Part shown: piece after piece, positions 14,611-16,000 of the stretch
Layout of the letters: each line of letters begins with the position of its first letter
How positions within the stretch are numbered: the first letter of the stretch is position 1
Assembly (NCBI RefSeq): GCF_016744155.1
Contig: NZ_JADGEW010000001.1
Span: 223,714-239,713, forward strand
DNA: 16,000 nucleotides
Direction of reading: 5' to 3'
Source: Amphritea sp.
GTDB taxonomy: Bacteria; Pseudomonadota; Gammaproteobacteria; Pseudomonadales; Balneatricaceae
Made by a program: the position numbers and the translations under genes
The notes under the pieces: model-generated
The model's input: the letters and a program-made list of their open reading frames with translations, nothing else
Database searches by the model: none
What the model was told of the DNA's origin: nothing

Positions 14611-15957
14611 TTATACCTGAAACGGGTAGAGTTTTGGTAGGTCGATAATATTAGTCAGATCATCTAAAGCTGTTTCTATCTCGAGTGGCAGGTTTGGGTC
14701 TGCAAGATCATCAGGTTTTAGTTCTTCTCTGTAGTGTTTATTAATCCAGATTTTTAGCTGGGAATAGAGGCTGAAGTCTAGCAGTACAGCAGGATGCAGA
14801 GTGCTTAACTCCGCGTCATTCATCGGTACTCGCAAGCGAAGGCAAGCAGGCCCTCCACCGTTATTCATGCTCTGGGTCAGGTCGACATACTCAACGTCTG
14901 AAACCGGATTGTCGCCCTGTATTAACCACTCTATAGAGGCTAGCACCCGGCTAGATTGCAGGCAGTTTGTAGGCGCGAGTAGGCGCATGTTTTGATCACC
15001 CTGGCTGATCAGCTGGCTATTAAAAAGATAGCTGGATACCGCTTCGCTGACGGTTAATATTTTATCGCTGAATTCGGTAATAATTAGAGGCTGATCGGTA
15101 CCAGGGTTTAATTGCCGCCATTGTTCCCTAAGCGTTCTCAGAAGTTGTTCTTGGTCAATCAGAGTCTGCTGATGCAGCATTAGAAAGTTTCGATGACCCA
15201 CGCAAATAACATCATTGTGGAATACGCCTTGATCTATCGCTTCAGGTTTTTGTTGTGCCAGTAGTCGATTGCCAGAAGGTAACAGGTGTTGACGAGCTAT
15301 AGCCTCACAAGCTTCGCGGGTCTGACGGGCAGGGTAAACCCGAGGTGCGATGTTGCTGTTGTCCCGCCCGTATACGAATAAATTTATACCGGGATGGCTA
15401 TGATCCGGGCAGAGCCGGGTGTGGTTGGCGGCCCCTTCATCGGCAAAGTTGCTCTGGCTGGGAAGCGGCGGGTGGTGGCAGAAGTAGGCCGGATCATTGA
15501 AGATACGCTGTAGCATAGGTGCGGTATAGTTCGCTTCAATTGATCGGTGCAAAGAGGTCGTCAGGTTTGCTGGGGTAAAATGGATTCGGCCGTCTGTGCT
15601 GTCTCTACTGGCGGTTATCGTGGCAGCATTGGCCGACCACATGGTCGATGCCGAGTAACAGGCGGCTAATAAGTGCGGAGCTGTTCGGTACGCTTGTCTG
15701 ACAATATGATCGATAGAACCTGAGAACCCGAGATTGCGCAGTGTTGCTATATCTGGTCGGGGAGCGGGGGGCAGTACGCCCTGAGGTTGTCCGAGTTGAA
15801 CCAGATGCCACATTTTTTCCAGGCCCTGTAATGCAGCCAAGCGGGGAAAGGCGACCTCTCCTTTATGTTTGTCTGAGGCGATATTCCCCAAAGATAGTCC
15901 CGCGTAGTTGTGGCTAGGGCCGATCAGTCCATCAAAATTAACTTCCTGATAGTGCAT
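14611..15957 (-). CDS. astB: N-succinylarginine dihydrolase AstB (arginine succinyltransferase pathway)
   Basis: The N-terminus EVNFDGLIGPSHNYAGLSLGN matches E. coli AstB ([21 protein letters not shown]). The C-terminal catalytic-Cys motif NGGGPACLRLRV is present. At 448 aa it is the expected length. Confidence 0.95.
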   Translation of the reverse strand: MHYQEVNFDGLIGPSHNYAGLSLGNIASDKHKGEVAFPRLAALQGLEKMWHLVQLGQPQGVLPPAPRPDIATLRNLGFSGSIDHIVRQAYRTAPHLLAACYSASTMWSANAATITASRDSTDGRIHFTPANLTTSLHRSIEANYTAPMLQRIFNDPAYFCHHPPLPSQSNFADEGAANHTRLCPDHSHPGINLFVYGRDNSNIAPRVYPARQTREACEAIARQHLLPSGNRLLAQQKPEAIDQGVFHNDVICVGHRNFLMLHQQTLIDQEQLLRTLREQWRQLNPGTDQPLIITEFSDKILTVSEAVSSYLFNSQLISQGDQNMRLLAPTNCLQSSRVLASIEWLIQGDNPVSDVEYVDLTQSMNNGGGPACLRLRVPMNDAELSTLHPAVLLDFSLYSQLKIWINKHYREELKPDDLADPNLPLEIETALDDLTNIIDLPKLYPFQV

Positions 15958-16000
15958 GGCAAGGCTCCATCATTTCGGCTTAGAGTTTTAGTCCGGGGCT

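Noticed and set aside
1-16000. I screened the whole window for mobile elements, CRISPR arrays, toxin-antitoxin or defence-type clusters and compositional islands.
   Set aside because: I found no transposase, integrase, recombinase or phage-like ORFs. There are no terminal inverted or long direct repeats and no regularly spaced repeats. Composition and coding density appear even throughout. Every ORF above ~80 aa that is not a shadow ORF is explained by a housekeeping, stress-response or signalling function.

Overview
This window looks like conserved chromosomal backbone from a gammaproteobacterium, probably of the Oceanospirillales or Pseudomonadales type. Composition is uniform, roughly mid-to-high 40s % GC by eye. 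I support 18 protein-coding genes. The plus-strand block is ftsY-ftsE-ftsX, rpoH, a DUF423/YgdD-family membrane protein, thiS-thiG and trmB; as far as I recall, pseudomonads share this order. Next comes a minus-strand, translationally coupled pair: an FmdB-like zinc-ribbon protein and a cytochrome b562-like periplasmic protein. After that are a stand-alone pterin-4a-carbinolamine dehydratase and a Cys-rich lipoprotein with a coiled-coil tail. A complete Cpx envelope-stress module follows, with cpxP divergent from cpxRA and textbook GTAAA-N5-GTAAA CpxR boxes in the intergenic region. The window ends with a Cache/PAS/PAS/GGDEF/EAL c-di-GMP protein and astB. A 55-codon N-terminal fragment of an unknown membrane protein sits at the left edge.

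I see no tRNA or rRNA, CRISPR array, transposase or integrase, long repeat, toxin-antitoxin pair, defence-like cluster or compositional island. I therefore do not think this window holds a convincing undescribed multi-gene system. The items most worth a second look are small-scale:
- a long cpxP 3' UTR whose last ~85 nt look like a 3'UTR-derived, CpxQ-type Hfq sRNA;
- the coupled FmdB-like / cytochrome b562-like pair;
- a GSDEF-degenerate GGDEF domain with an intact I-site in front of an apparently catalytic EAL domain;
- a terminator-like hairpin in the ftsY leader;
- a sigma-E-type promoter in front of rpoH with a perfect palindrome in its spacer.

All product calls rest on motifs I recognise by eye in the supplied translations. 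No database search was run.
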